From contig JAKMXF010000111.1 of assembly GCA_024704765.1 (NCBI GenBank), positions 946,619-1,010,618 on the forward strand: a stretch of 64,000 nt of DNA, given 5' to 3'. The notes below the pieces were generated by a model. That model ran no database searches. It had not been told where the DNA came from and saw nothing but the letters and a program-made list of their open reading frames with translations. Below are positions 45,921 to 57,143 of the stretch, piece after piece; position 1 is the first letter of the stretch, and the number at the start of each line of letters is the position of its first letter. The position numbers and the translations under genes were made by a program. The stretch is from Oopsacas minuta. Lineage: Eukaryota > Animalia > Porifera.

Positions 45921-48900
45921 TCAACTAGCTAGTTTCCTCAATTTATCTTGTTGGGAGGTGGAGAGTCGAGAAGCTTTTTCAAACAGAGATTTATTCATGT
46001 ATTGATAGACAACTTTGCACAGATTCTGTAATGCAGCAGAACACTCTGCATTCAGATGGTGCTCTAGGAGACTAAATATCAGTGGTAGAACATATTTCTG
46101 GACTACGCCAGGCTTCTTATCAAACAGGGTGTCACTCACATCTACACAAATAAAATAAACTCAAATATAGAATCAAATACTAACTTAGCTGGTTAATCTC
46201 TGAACAAATTAGTGATAGTTACATACAGTGAAGCTCGCATACTAGCAAGTAGTATTTTGCACGAATTTCCCTTGCTAAACCCTAACTTGCTATTAGAGGA
46301 ACATGATTGTACAAGAATAATAATCCACCTGCTAATGTGTTCAACAAAACAGGCCTAACTAAATTGTTAGCATACTGAGCGACACTAGACAGAGGTTGTA
46401 CAAGGTATGTGTGGTCTAAAAATAAAATTCATTAAATAAGAGAATATATACAATTATACATACATATAAATACAGAAATAAATACCAATTGATTTAAGAA
46501 TATTTTCAAGAGATTCCTTAGCCTTTGTCTTAATAGTTGTATTTTTGGATGCTAGATTAGATGTTAGAGCTTTGAATATAGGATGCAGATGCTGCACCAG
46601 CTTATTCCCAAGGACAGTAATTACGTCAAGAAAACACTCAATAGCCATCAAGTTAACTTTAGAATTAGAATCGGTTAATCGCAATATATACGTCTCGATT
46701 ACCTAAGAGATAGATTTTCATTAATAACGTTAAAATTATGGATATACAGCGATGTTACCTTGACCACACGTTGATCATGAGATATATTGCTAGAGTGTTG
46801 TGTCATCAGTTCATGAATTTCTTTAATTGCCTCCAACCTCTCAAACCATTTCTTTGAGTCAAGTCTAGCGTGAATATCCTCTGGTAGTATTGTAACGTTG
46901 AGCTAGAGGGAGTAGAAAAGATGAAGGAATATAAGTAATGCCTAATACGTACAGTGGAACTGGTCAACTTCCATGATCAACTGTACATAGCGGCTACTTT
47001 TAGCCATCCCCTAGAGTAAGGATGTTGGAAGTAGGTAAAAGTGGGGTAGCATTGAGAACCCAGTTTCCTAAGCCCCTTCATTATAGTTTGATTAATATAA
47101 TACAATGAAAGATTGCAAAGAAAATCAGAATCAACAAAGTTCTCATTAATTAATATACAGAATAATCCATATTATCAAAACGCAATCAACCTAAATACAA
47201 TCACATTATTTGCTACTGCTCAGCCAATATACATGACAGAAGTTTGAAATTTGAATCACAGGTATCCCTCAATATGCGAAATGTACACATTGAGGGGTAT
47301 CTAAATTTCTTAGTGCTTCAAGCTTGCTTGAGGTACTAAGCTGTCGCGCAGCGACCGAGCAAGCGAAGCGCGGTAGTACAGTTATAATATTACACACAAG
47401 TAGTCACACATATACAAATAAACATACGCAAAAAAATACATTGGGTTACACAAAGTATAGGTAAATACATATCAACAAAGTTAGTATTTATTTCTGTTAA
47501 ATATTCCCAAAATATTCTTGAGAGGAAGATATATGAATATAGAAATTAACGCCGCAACTCCATAGCTAACTATCATTAGTCCTGCTATTATGAATGAAAA
47601 TGTTAGAGGATTGTAAGGTATCGTTCTTCGTAATGTTAGAAAGAATAGCGTCATGATAATTGGATGTGTAAGGTAAACTACGAATGTTAATCGACTCAAT
47701 GGAGCCCAAACCTTCCAGGAAAATAGAGCATTGAATGGTCCACCAAACCCCAAAGCAAGACATAGTATTAGTAGAGCAATGCAAACAGCCCATAGAGGCT
47801 TAATAACCACCAATAATGTGTATGTCAATTCTGGTACAATCGGCATACCATGGAATAACCAGGTAGGAGCAAAGGTAAGAACAATTATAAGCAGACTAAC
47901 TATTGGGAATACTGTGATACAAAACAAACCCAGTTTTCTATCAAACTTTATATCACTCTTGCTATTAGATCTCCAAGCAGGCAGTTCAAAGAGAACATAT
48001 CCAACTATTAAGCCACCAAGATACATGACGTAGTGATAATATAATTTATTATAGTACTCATTAACCAAAACCTCCTCCAGTGAGTGAGCATGATCTATTA
48101 TGTCAGATATATTATATAACCCTAGGTAATTATTCACAAGGTAACTAATATGCGAGTTGACGTTCCTAGTTATCAACAAGGGAATAGGAGCACAGGTAAA
48201 TACGATGAAACAGAAGACAGGTAGTATGAGTGAGTATGGTAATCGTAAGTAATGAGCCGGGAGTATAAATAGAGGGCTGAAAAGAAGAAACTGTATTTCG
48301 ATAGCAACGTAAAAAGACCAACTTAAACATGTATCTATATATGCTGATGGATAGAATGTCTGTATGTATAACACATCAGGCCACCAGTTCTTATCACAAC
48401 TTCCTATTAACTTGTCTACAGTAGGATTCCACATAGGACCTGATCCTAACAATGGAGTTATTTTCCACATTAAGAACAGAAGAATAAGGTAAGTAGGGGT
48501 AACTCGTAGGAAATGGTAGAGATAACATTTAACAAAATACTTTAGTAAACTTGGCTTATCAGGACTATTCAATTCTTTGAGAGATAAGAACATAGCGAGA
48601 CAACCTGAAATAATGAATAAAGATTCCATAGCGGATAACCCATTCCATACAACAGTAAAGCTTATACGAGGTATTGCGTTATATAGCATATTCTCTACGT
48701 CACTGATTGCACCACTGAATAGATACCAAAGGTAAGAACGACATAGAAGTATCCATAGCATAGAGAGTGATCTTATTCCTGTAAGACAATCTATGGAATG
48801 CTGAGGATTAGAAGGACCAGAAAACAGTAGCTGGATATTAGAGTATAGAGAAAATGATTTTAATATATTAGTCAGGACGGTTATAATTCTAGAATGTTCT

Positions 48901-51900
48901 GATAATTCGTTTTCCTCTAATGGTTCTAGAGAGCTATCAATAGCCTGTATGTTAATCTCATCTTCTGAAGGATAGTAAGAAGAGTTAGATCGAAAATTAG
49001 GTACAATTTCATGAGGGGGAGAGTATTTGGATACTTTACGACGACCAATACATTTATTACAATAGTAGGTAACTACCTGTACTATTGTAGCGACTGTAGC
49101 CATTAGAATAAATAGGATAATAATCCCAAATGAAATAAATCTAGTAATTTCGATATCAGGGTCTTTCTCTTCTGGATAAACCTTGAAAGTAGAAGTATTT
49201 ACAAAAGCTGTGATGTTTATTGGCACATCAGGCTGAATTAGTACAATAAAGTTATTGATAATATTCAGAGTATCATTACGATTGCTACAACCAGCTGGTA
49301 AACATATAGCTATATCTGGAGCTAAACTGACTCCTACAAACGATAGACCCGAATCTTTCAATAGGATAGGAACAGGTATAACTATCTTTACATACTCGGT
49401 ATTATTCAGCTGTTTACACTCATGCCAATCTCCTAACCATTTGAAATTACCTTGAAACAATCCAGTAGGAGGTTTGGAGAAGCTGTCTAACAGATATAAA
49501 TAGCTAGTTGAAGGGTCCTTAGAAGTGAATGAGAATGTATTTAATTCTGCTTTGCATTTTTCTGAAACATTACCGATTTCAGCAAAGAATTTCCCCAAAA
49601 ATGAAATATCAGACAAAGCCTCGACAAGATGAAGGAGCCTCTCATTGCTCATAGATTCTTCATTGTCACACAAACAAATTGTTAATGATAGCAATACAAT
49701 TAGAACTATCCAGTAGTTAAAACTCATCTCTTACCATAAATTAGCTAAATCTTATAAGATATGAATATTAATATGGCTGGAAGTGTATACTAAAGTTTCA
49801 TAACATGATTTTCCACATGATGCATTAACTAAATATTAGGTGGCGATGGAGTAATTATACTGAGTGGAATTATAGGAATCATATTTCTAGCAAATTAATG
49901 ATTTGGTTATACTCACTTCTTGATTTTGTGTCTGAGAATTTATTCTTTGTTTCTGGCAGTTTGCATTTGTAGTTTTCGTTCCCTGTCTGAGTGCATAAGA
50001 GGTTTTGACAGAGCCTGTGGTATCAATCCTTGTGTCAGCTGAGTGTGGATTCTGTCGGGTGGGTGCCTGTCCGACACGAGACTGTCTGGCAGATTGTAGA
50101 CCTGCATTAGGAAGCTCACCTACACCCTAAACATACAATAAATTTTAAAGTGATCATTTATGGATTAACGAATAAACTTGGATCATACTTTTGTCTGTAC
50201 TAGCTTGAAAAGATCAAGAACCTTAGTGACAAGATCTGGGTTAAGATTCTTACTAATCTTCTTAACAAAATCTGGATTATCAAATAACAGAGTGATAGCC
50301 TTTCTTGCATAATACCTAGCCACACAATTCCATTAATTATAGCTGAAAGAGAAATATATAATGGAACCTCGTTAATACGAAATTCCGAATAAGACGTACA
50401 AAGAATTAAACAAAACCAAGTCCCTACACTGGTTATTCAATTGGTGTTACACTATTACTCCGGTTAATACAAACTCTGGATAAAGGGCTGTCCGTTGGTG
50501 TTGTATTAACTAGGTTCCGCTGTAAATATTCAGTGAGTACCTTGCATCAGGAGAATTATCCTGAGAAGTATTAGTGATAGATACCATTAACTTCTCTATA
50601 ACATCACGGGGAAGATTCAGCACCTGCACATCTCCTATCTGATCAACTCCATAGCAAATTACTTGCATTGCAAGCTTCCGTACAACTGGATTCTTATGGC
50701 TACAAATATCGCATATCAAACTGACAGATATATTGAATTGTATTATCTTACCCTATGCCTCCGCTAATAAGAGCAGTGAATGCCTTATTAGCAGAAATAT
50801 TCTGTATCATTACATAGAGAGACTTCTCTACATCATCTCGTATAAACATATTAGATTCTCCAGCTTTGTGTAGGAGAGCTTTTATAATTAACTCCAGGAA
50901 CTGGAAATAACGATAATAACAACAAGGACGACAAGTATGTATTATATTGTAAACAAACCGGTTCTAGCATCTTGTTGATATAAACAAACAAATCACAGAA
51001 GGTAATAATAGCGACTTTAGAAACGGAAGATCTCAAGTTTTTAACCTGTCAACAAACAAAAAAATAAAAATAACAATTAACTAACAAATTACTAATATAT
51101 ACTAACCTCTGCAATAACAGCAAGGACAACCTGCTTAATCTGTACAAAAAGTGTATCAGTATGATGTCTACATAATCTCTTTATCAATACCAATCCTTCT
51201 ATCTTACATTCCCTACATAGAAAAGTATAAATAGAAGTTAATCTCACTAACATCTGTGAACTCACCAACTCTCATCTTCTAGAAAGCAGAGAGCATCAAT
51301 TAGGGATTCACCTGGGTGAGACACAGGATTGACAGATTCATCTTCTATCTGTACTGAGTCTAGAGAGGGCTTGATGTCTTTAAGGGGCGAGTACTTAGAA
51401 CGAGCAGGGCTAGCAGGTAGGATACTATGTTTAGGAGATGTGTATATAGCGGTAGGGGATATACCAACTACACTGATGTTACCCTTCTTTCCTATAGCTA
51501 GGTCGATAGGAGGTGTAGCTTTATTGTGAGTAGGAGACTTCTTAGGAGCTTGCTTAACAGCCTTAGAAGGACTGAAGCCTTTGGTGTACACACGGTTAGC
51601 CCCTACCCCTCCAGTAGGGTGTGAGGGGGAGTAAGAAGGAGACCTGGCTAACTTATCGATTGGAGAACAATCCATTGGAGATGTTCCAATCATTTCATAA
51701 GGAGAATTGTGCACAGAAGAAGTTTTATTCTTGACAGGCATAATACTGACAGGTGATTGGGTCTTCTTGAGCTCCTGTGGGGATAAGGAGAGCTGAGATA
51801 GAGCACTGGTATCCATGCTGCCAGATTCCGCAGAAGCGCGAAACCTACCGAAGGAGGGCGAAAGGGAGAATACACTTTCTGAAGTATCATTAAACAAAGA

Positions 51901-54900
51901 CAGATCTTCTAGATCATCATCCACCGAGTGATTGAGATTCCTTGTTAAGTCGACACGCCTCCTGACAGGCCGACCTGAATTAGACTCGTTATTAGTTAGA
52001 GATACATTCTCGTAGGACTGTCTCTTCTTACTTTCTATCTTATTAGGAAGGATACTGTCTACCTCAATTCTCTTAGAGAGATTACACGTAGATGAATTGG
52101 TAGATGAGGGCTCAGTTTCAAAGGTCTTCTTCTTGTGATATATTCCGAAATAACTACTGGATTCCTTCTGCTGAGGTCGTACTGGTATAGGAGGCTTAAT
52201 AGAAGGATTATGTTGTTTTTGAGAGAAATCATGTTGAACCTTCTCTCCATCTTGCTTCTGATCGCTATCATGAATAAGAGAGGAGTTTAATCCATGGTTG
52301 TTATAGCATATTTCTTCTGTTATATTCTCATCCGAGTCAGGACTAGGTTTATTAGAAACTACAGGAGTAACATTGTTGCTGTTACAAGTGGTAGGGTCGC
52401 CAGGAGTTGGTGTAGTATCATTGTCTTCACACTTGTCTATGATCTCTTGAGGTTCAGGGGAGTAACTACCAGCTGTGTCACTAGGAAGCCTTGGTAGAGA
52501 ATTACTCTTCTCTCTCTGCTTAGGTAATAAATTGCTAGTAGAATCCTGTAGACTAGTAGTAGATACATCAACAGCAATACTAGAAGCTAATGAAGTGTCT
52601 AGGTTAGAGTTTGTTATGTCAGGGATAGGTCCGATAAATGTTCTTCTTCTGAGGCGTGTTTTAGAGCTGACACGGACTGGTTTAGCTTTAGGAGGCTTTA
52701 CTATCAGCTTAGCTTCCTCTCTATTGACAATACAATACGTAAATATGCTATGTAAGGTAGAACCTCGTTAATACTCATTTTCGATAAGACCCCTACAATG
52801 GATATTCAATTTGTATTACTCCAGATAGGACGAACAAATTTTGACTGTTCGTTAGTGTTCGTATTAACGAGTTTACGCTGTAATTTGTTTGCGTTATAAA
52901 TAGCTTACTCGAAAGGATCAGCTACTTGATTTCCTCTCAGCTGTTCAGGTAGCTGGCCAGTAGCAGTCAGGTCATTAGTCCATGTTTGTGTAGGAGAGCT
53001 GGATGCTTCTTCTCTGGTGAATACAGGTTGTTCTTTTATTTTGTTCTTGTGATCATCTAGACGATCTTTTAATTTCTCATTATTATTATTATTATTATCA
53101 TTATTATTATTATCATCGTTGTTGTCTTGTATACTTTTGCTACTAACAGGAGGGGGGTTAGGTAGAGTATTGCTACGTGGCTTTGTCTTAACAAGAATCT
53201 TCTCTGATCCCAGAAGACGCTTGTAGCGTGGCAGAGTATAATTATTCTTCCCCAGATTACCAGCATCAAAACTGTACATAGTTTCCTATAGAGAATAAAT
53301 ATAAACAAATTTTATAGAAATAATGCATAAAACCTTACTTTAGTAATACCTTCCTTCTTAGAAGGTCCCAGGCTACAGGATGATGCTACTTGAGATAGCT
53401 CACTTGAGATAGGAGTTACATCCATTTTAGGTTTAGAAGAGTAAGCACGCCTTTCCCTCTTCTTAGCTAGCTTAATAGGTCTTTCTATTTCTGATTGGGA
53501 TGTTTCATTTGATTTATCTACAGTCTCTCTCTCAATAGCTGGTAAGTGGAGTGAAGCTTTACCAGGGGGTAGTGTAGACTCAACAGGACGTCGATCTGGC
53601 TTTGGATTGTTAGGTTGTTGCTTAGAGCAGGGACGTGCTTTAGCAAGTTTGAAGGGAAATTGAGAAGTTGTTGTATTGTTAGCTAAAGAGAAACATAGGT
53701 AGGTATCGATATGAACCCTATTAAGTATTAAACTAGTGAATAATAACACACGGTTTAAGTGTCCAGTTTCTGCATTATGTAATGGTTGCGAATTCTCGAA
53801 GAACTGAGCTGGCCAAGACTGAGAGAGATCTGGTTCAGTAGGATAGACGAACTCATTCTGGAATTCAGATTCTTCTCTCTCTCCATATACAAACTCTTCT
53901 CTAAGAATAAAGACAAGTAAAGACTAATCTACACAAATTGTACTTATTCAGGTAAATACGGTATACACTTAATAACCTCTTCATAGGATCAGAGTACTTC
54001 ATCCTAGAACCCATATACTGATCCATGTAACTCAATCTAGGCTGCTTAGGAGAATTATTAGCACTATAGAATCTATCCGATCTGCTCAAGTTCTTAGCTG
54101 TGTTAGGATCAGCTAACCAGTTAGAATAAGTTGGAGGAGGTGCCTTAGGCTGTTTCTCATGTTGCTTGTTCAAGAAATTCATCTGATAAGACCCATCCTA
54201 TAGCATATGTATAATGTATAAGTTACTATATACAAAGAAATATTAACAAAGAAAGGTTGAGTATTATATTCATAGCATAGAGGATATATGTACAATTAAT
54301 ACCTCTTTCTTAGTGGGAGCACTAAGGGATTGTTCTTTTCGTTCCTTCTCCCAGGGGAGCTTCTGTCTACCCGCTGAAAACCTCCTAGGGGGCTGTAACG
54401 GAAGTAGTTTAGAACCATTGGTAGATACTTCATTCTCCTCTCCTTGTGTTCTCTCTATCGTACTGCTGATAATCCATTCTAAATCCATGCCATTGTCTTG
54501 TCTATAGAGATAATTATGAAGTAAAATTACTATTCTAATGAGTGACGTCATATGATATAATACCTGCTTGCATTGGTAGGGAATGGTACAGCTGGCTCGA
54601 CTGTTTCATCAGAAGTAATGTAAGGGAGTTTCTTCCTGGATAATCTGGCTTGAATAACTTTTAGTAGAATTCCTTGACTCATATTTTCAGCTTCCCATCT
54701 CTGTACAGGTGATAACAATGGTTGCATGTAATTACTACGAGTTTCTTGTAACAAGCCAGGCTCTAGTGCGTGAGCTACAACTGCTATGGTCTCTAATGCC
54801 ATAAATCTAACTCTCTGACGTGAATCTGCTATGAGAGGTACTACATGCTCTGCTATTGAGCCTAAGTCGAACTCAGTCCTATACAACAAGATTAATAGTC

Positions 54901-55809
54901 ATAATATTCCGGTTAATAAGTAAAAATTCATGTTACTTCGATGGTTTAGGACCACATTTTACACAATTTCCCATTTGAATATAAGTTGGTATTTGATATA
55001 GTCGTGTTCGATATAACGGCAGTTGACTGTAAATATATTTCATGTTCAATATACATTACCTCGGGAAGGTGAGTAGGCCTGCAATTATGAGGATAAGAGT
55101 ATCTTCTCTAATCTTATGACTCCTGCTATGTAGTGATGACGTCACGAGTCTCATCATGAGAGTATGTGGATTCAAGAAGCGCATCAGTTTTAAGAAGAAT
55201 TTTGGCATCTTCTCTCTTGCGTAGAGAGAGTTCCTATTCTCTGTAATTCTATGCAAAATAGAGTCAGTAGTGTCTAATATGTCTATCTCTATCTTATCAC
55301 CAAATCTCTCAGCGAGCTAAATAGACAGTGATAACGGTGTTGTAAGTATAGTGTAACCTCTAAACGGAGTGCCAAGGACTCCGAAAATTGCTACAGCGTT
55401 TACTCGTTCTTGGAGGTGTATTTGTATGGGACTAGGAGCGCGCTCTATTTATTTTTACTCCGTTTCCACAGGCCCGTTTATGAGGTTTAACTATAGTAAT
55501 ATTTTAAAATAGAAATACCATTTCAATTATCTGTAGTGTAGTGTGTATTACTCTGAAGTGAGAATCGTCAAGAAGAGAGACAAGGAAGGAGACAAACGCA
55601 CTGAAGTTGGAAAGGAGAGCAGAAATATCTGACACCTCCTCTAAGATACTCTTGAGGTTCTCCAGCGTACTAGTCCGTCTCTGCCAATCTCCTGAATCTT
55701 TGATTGCCTGAATGATGTCATGAGGCAGAAAATCAATACTAGTAGGTTGTACCTCTTGGGTATTGTGGGATTGGGGAACAGTACTCTTCAGTTTAAACGG
55801 ATCAGACAT
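45921..55809 (-). CDS. TOGARAM1: TOG array regulator of axonemal microtubules (Crescerin/FAM179), multi-exon
   Basis: TOG HEAT motifs DWQRRTSTLENLK..LLDDSHFRVIH, LIADSRQRVRFMALE, LRSSVSKVAI, SHKNPVVRK, QDNSPDARY and RLTDSNSKVNLMAIE, with a long Ser/Pro-rich linker. Confidence 0.85.
47481..49727 (-). CDS. Nose-resistant-to-fluoxetine 6 (NRF-6)-type acyltransferase-3 membrane protein, intronless, nested in TOGARAM1
   Basis: Signal peptide, NRF domain (DSFSKPPTGLFQGNFKWLGDWHEC) and an AT3 multi-TM region (CLTGIRSLSMLW, LRVTP, NWW..LYIQ, PLSRLTFVVYLTHP). Confidence 0.85.
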   Translation of the reverse strand: MSFNYWIVLIVLLSLTICLCDNEESMSNERLLHLVEALSDISFLGKFFAEIGNVSEKCKAELNTFSFTSKDPSTSYLYLLDSFSKPPTGLFQGNFKWLGDWHECKQLNNTEYVKIVIPVPILLKDSGLSFVGVSLAPDIAICLPAGCSNRNDTLNIINNFIVLIQPDVPINITAFVNTSTFKVYPEEKDPDIEITRFISFGIIILFILMATVATIVQVVTYYCNKCIGRRKVSKYSPPHEIVPNFRSNSSYYPSEDEINIQAIDSSLEPLEENELSEHSRIITVLTNILKSFSLYSNIQLLFSGPSNPQHSIDCLTGIRSLSMLWILLCRSYLWYLFSGAISDVENMLYNAIPRISFTVVWNGLSAMESLFIISGCLAMFLSLKELNSPDKPSLLKYFVKCYLYHFLRVTPTYLILLFLMWKITPLLGSGPMWNPTVDKLIGSCDKNWWPDVLYIQTFYPSAYIDTCLSWSFYVAIEIQFLLFSPLFILPAHYLRLPYSLILPVFCFIVFTCAPIPLLITRNVNSHISYLVNNYLGLYNISDIIDHAHSLEEVLVNEYYNKLYYHYVMYLGGLIVGYVLFELPAWRSNSKSDIKFDRKLGLFCITVFPIVSLLIIVLTFAPTWLFHGMPIVPELTYTLLVVIKPLWAVCIALLILCLALGFGGPFNALFSWKVWAPLSRLTFVVYLTHPIIMTLFFLTLRRTIPYNPLTFSFIIAGLMIVSYGVAALISIFIYLPLKNILGIFNRNKY
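50361..50524. mobile_element. TA-flanked MITE in a TOGARAM1 intron
   Basis: TGGAACCTCGTTAATAC ... GTATTAACTAGGTTCCGCTGTA; same family as 52753-52882. Confidence 0.65.
52753..52882. mobile_element. TA-flanked MITE in a TOGARAM1 intron
   Basis: GTAGAACCTCGTTAATAC ... GTATTAACGAGTTTACGCTGTA. Confidence 0.6.
53078..53124 (-). repeat. (AAT/GAT)n microsatellite encoding an Asn/Asp run in TOGARAM1
   Basis: The ATT repeats lie within a coding exon and translate as DNNDDNNNNDNNNNN. Confidence 0.8.
54900..55031. mobile_element. MITE remnant (CAGTCAACT family)
   Basis: Ends TTCGATATAACGGCAGTTGACTGTA, matching the end of the element at 20819. Confidence 0.55.
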
Positions 55810-56002
55810 CTAATTGGAGATCTGAATACAATCTCCTAACTACACAACACGTCAAATGGAATGCGTAACTATATTATCAAAGAGATTAATTAACCTAGAG
55901 TCAAGAGAAGGCAAGAATAATTACAAATATTAATAGTTGTAGCTTCAACTAAATGTTACTACGTACTAAAGAATTTCCTAACACTATATATTCTACAGCA
56001 TG

Positions 56003-56395
56003 TTAATAAAAGAACCCTAAGATCTTCCCTCCAGTTTTCTTCCTTTTGGCCTCTTCATGATCCATAATACCACATGAGGTGGTTAAAACTAGGCAGCCGA
56101 ATTGACGGGAGGGGAGTAGGTTTGTTGTCCACTTCTCCATGTCCTTCAGAGCTATGTCAAATCGGGGACTGATTACACCACATTTATTCAATCTTCCGAT
56201 TAACTCTACAATTATCTTCCCACTTCTGTGGTCATCTACTATCTCGAACTCTCCGATGTATCCTTTCTTCATCATCACGGTAAGGAATTTCACTATAACC
56301 TTGCTTGAAGGTCGGATTAGCACTTGTCGCTTCCCACGACGTTCTGCGTTACTGATAGCAACCAATGCATCATTGAGTACGTTGATTCGGACCAT
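56003..56395 (-). CDS. RPS15A: 40S ribosomal protein S15a (uS8)
   Basis: [11 protein letters not shown]...[16 protein letters not shown]...[14 protein letters not shown]...[12 protein letters not shown]. Confidence 0.99.
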   Translation of the reverse strand: MVRINVLNDALVAISNAERRGKRQVLIRPSSKVIVKFLTVMMKKGYIGEFEIVDDHRSGKIIVELIGRLNKCGVISPRFDIALKDMEKWTTNLLPSRQFGCLVLTTSCGIMDHEEAKRKKTGGKILGFFY

Positions 56396-56483
56396 TATTA
56401 TTTATAGGGAAGATAAAGAAACAGAATAGTTGACTAAATGAAAATAATTTTGATGAACAGTAAGTAGTTCGCGGATTAACTAA

Positions 56484-56623
56484 TACATTAAACACTCGTT
56501 ATAATGCGGAATTTCATTGTAAGCGAAGCAAAATAAATTATTTTCAAGCTAAGGGGTAAAGAAACATTTCATTCTAGTGAGAGTTTCGTCAAAACCGAAT
56601 TTGTATAACGGGAGTTTACTGTA
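56484..56623. mobile_element. TA-flanked MITE
   Basis: TACATTAAACACTCGTTATAA ... TATAACGGGAGTTTACTGTA. Confidence 0.55.
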
Positions 56624-56762
56624 TATGTCTATATAAAGACCCAAAAATGGACATTTTTGATACGTATTCCCTAGCTAAACAGGTATAAATTGGGCAAATA
56701 CTACAAAATTCAAAAATATATTCTCAGATGGCATACAATTCACAAGAAAAATTCGTAAAAAT

Positions 56763-57011
56763 TCATATAAATATAAAATCTTCTCCTTTGATCTTTTTCC
56801 GAATCATAACAACAACATTTGAAACACAAATACTCATAACTAGTAGAGTAACAATCACGAGTATAATACTGAGAATTAGGGCAATTCCCGAAAGGATTGC
56901 CGAGGGTTGCTGTGAGATTTCGCAAGCTACTTGTTCATCACATTGAGATAATAGAATGAACAGTGAGATTATAAAACTTAGGAAATATAACCTCAAACAT
57001 ACTAGAGTCAT
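56763..57011 (-). CDS. Small putative membrane protein (signal-like N-terminus plus one TM helix), unknown
   Basis: 82-aa ORF with two hydrophobic segments and a basic RKK after the TM. The ATG is immediately preceded by CCTTTTCAAG. No recognised homology. Confidence 0.45.
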   Translation of the reverse strand: MTLVCLRLYFLSFIISLFILLSQCDEQVACEISQQPSAILSGIALILSIILVIVTLLVMSICVSNVVVMIRKKIKGEDFIFI

Positions 57012-57143
57012 CTTGAAAAGGTTATAAATGAAATCTATGAGAAACTCTAGTGAGTAAAAACGGACAGTGAGTTAATAAGGAACCCGCAAAAGACCCAATT
57101 TTAGCTGAAATAATAACATATCGAATTAGAATTTAGAAAAATA

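Noticed and set aside
46950-47070. Candidate extra TOGARAM1 exon near the nested gene
   Set aside because: No phase-compatible open frame; the sequence includes a TACAGTGGA..CAACTGTA MITE remnant.
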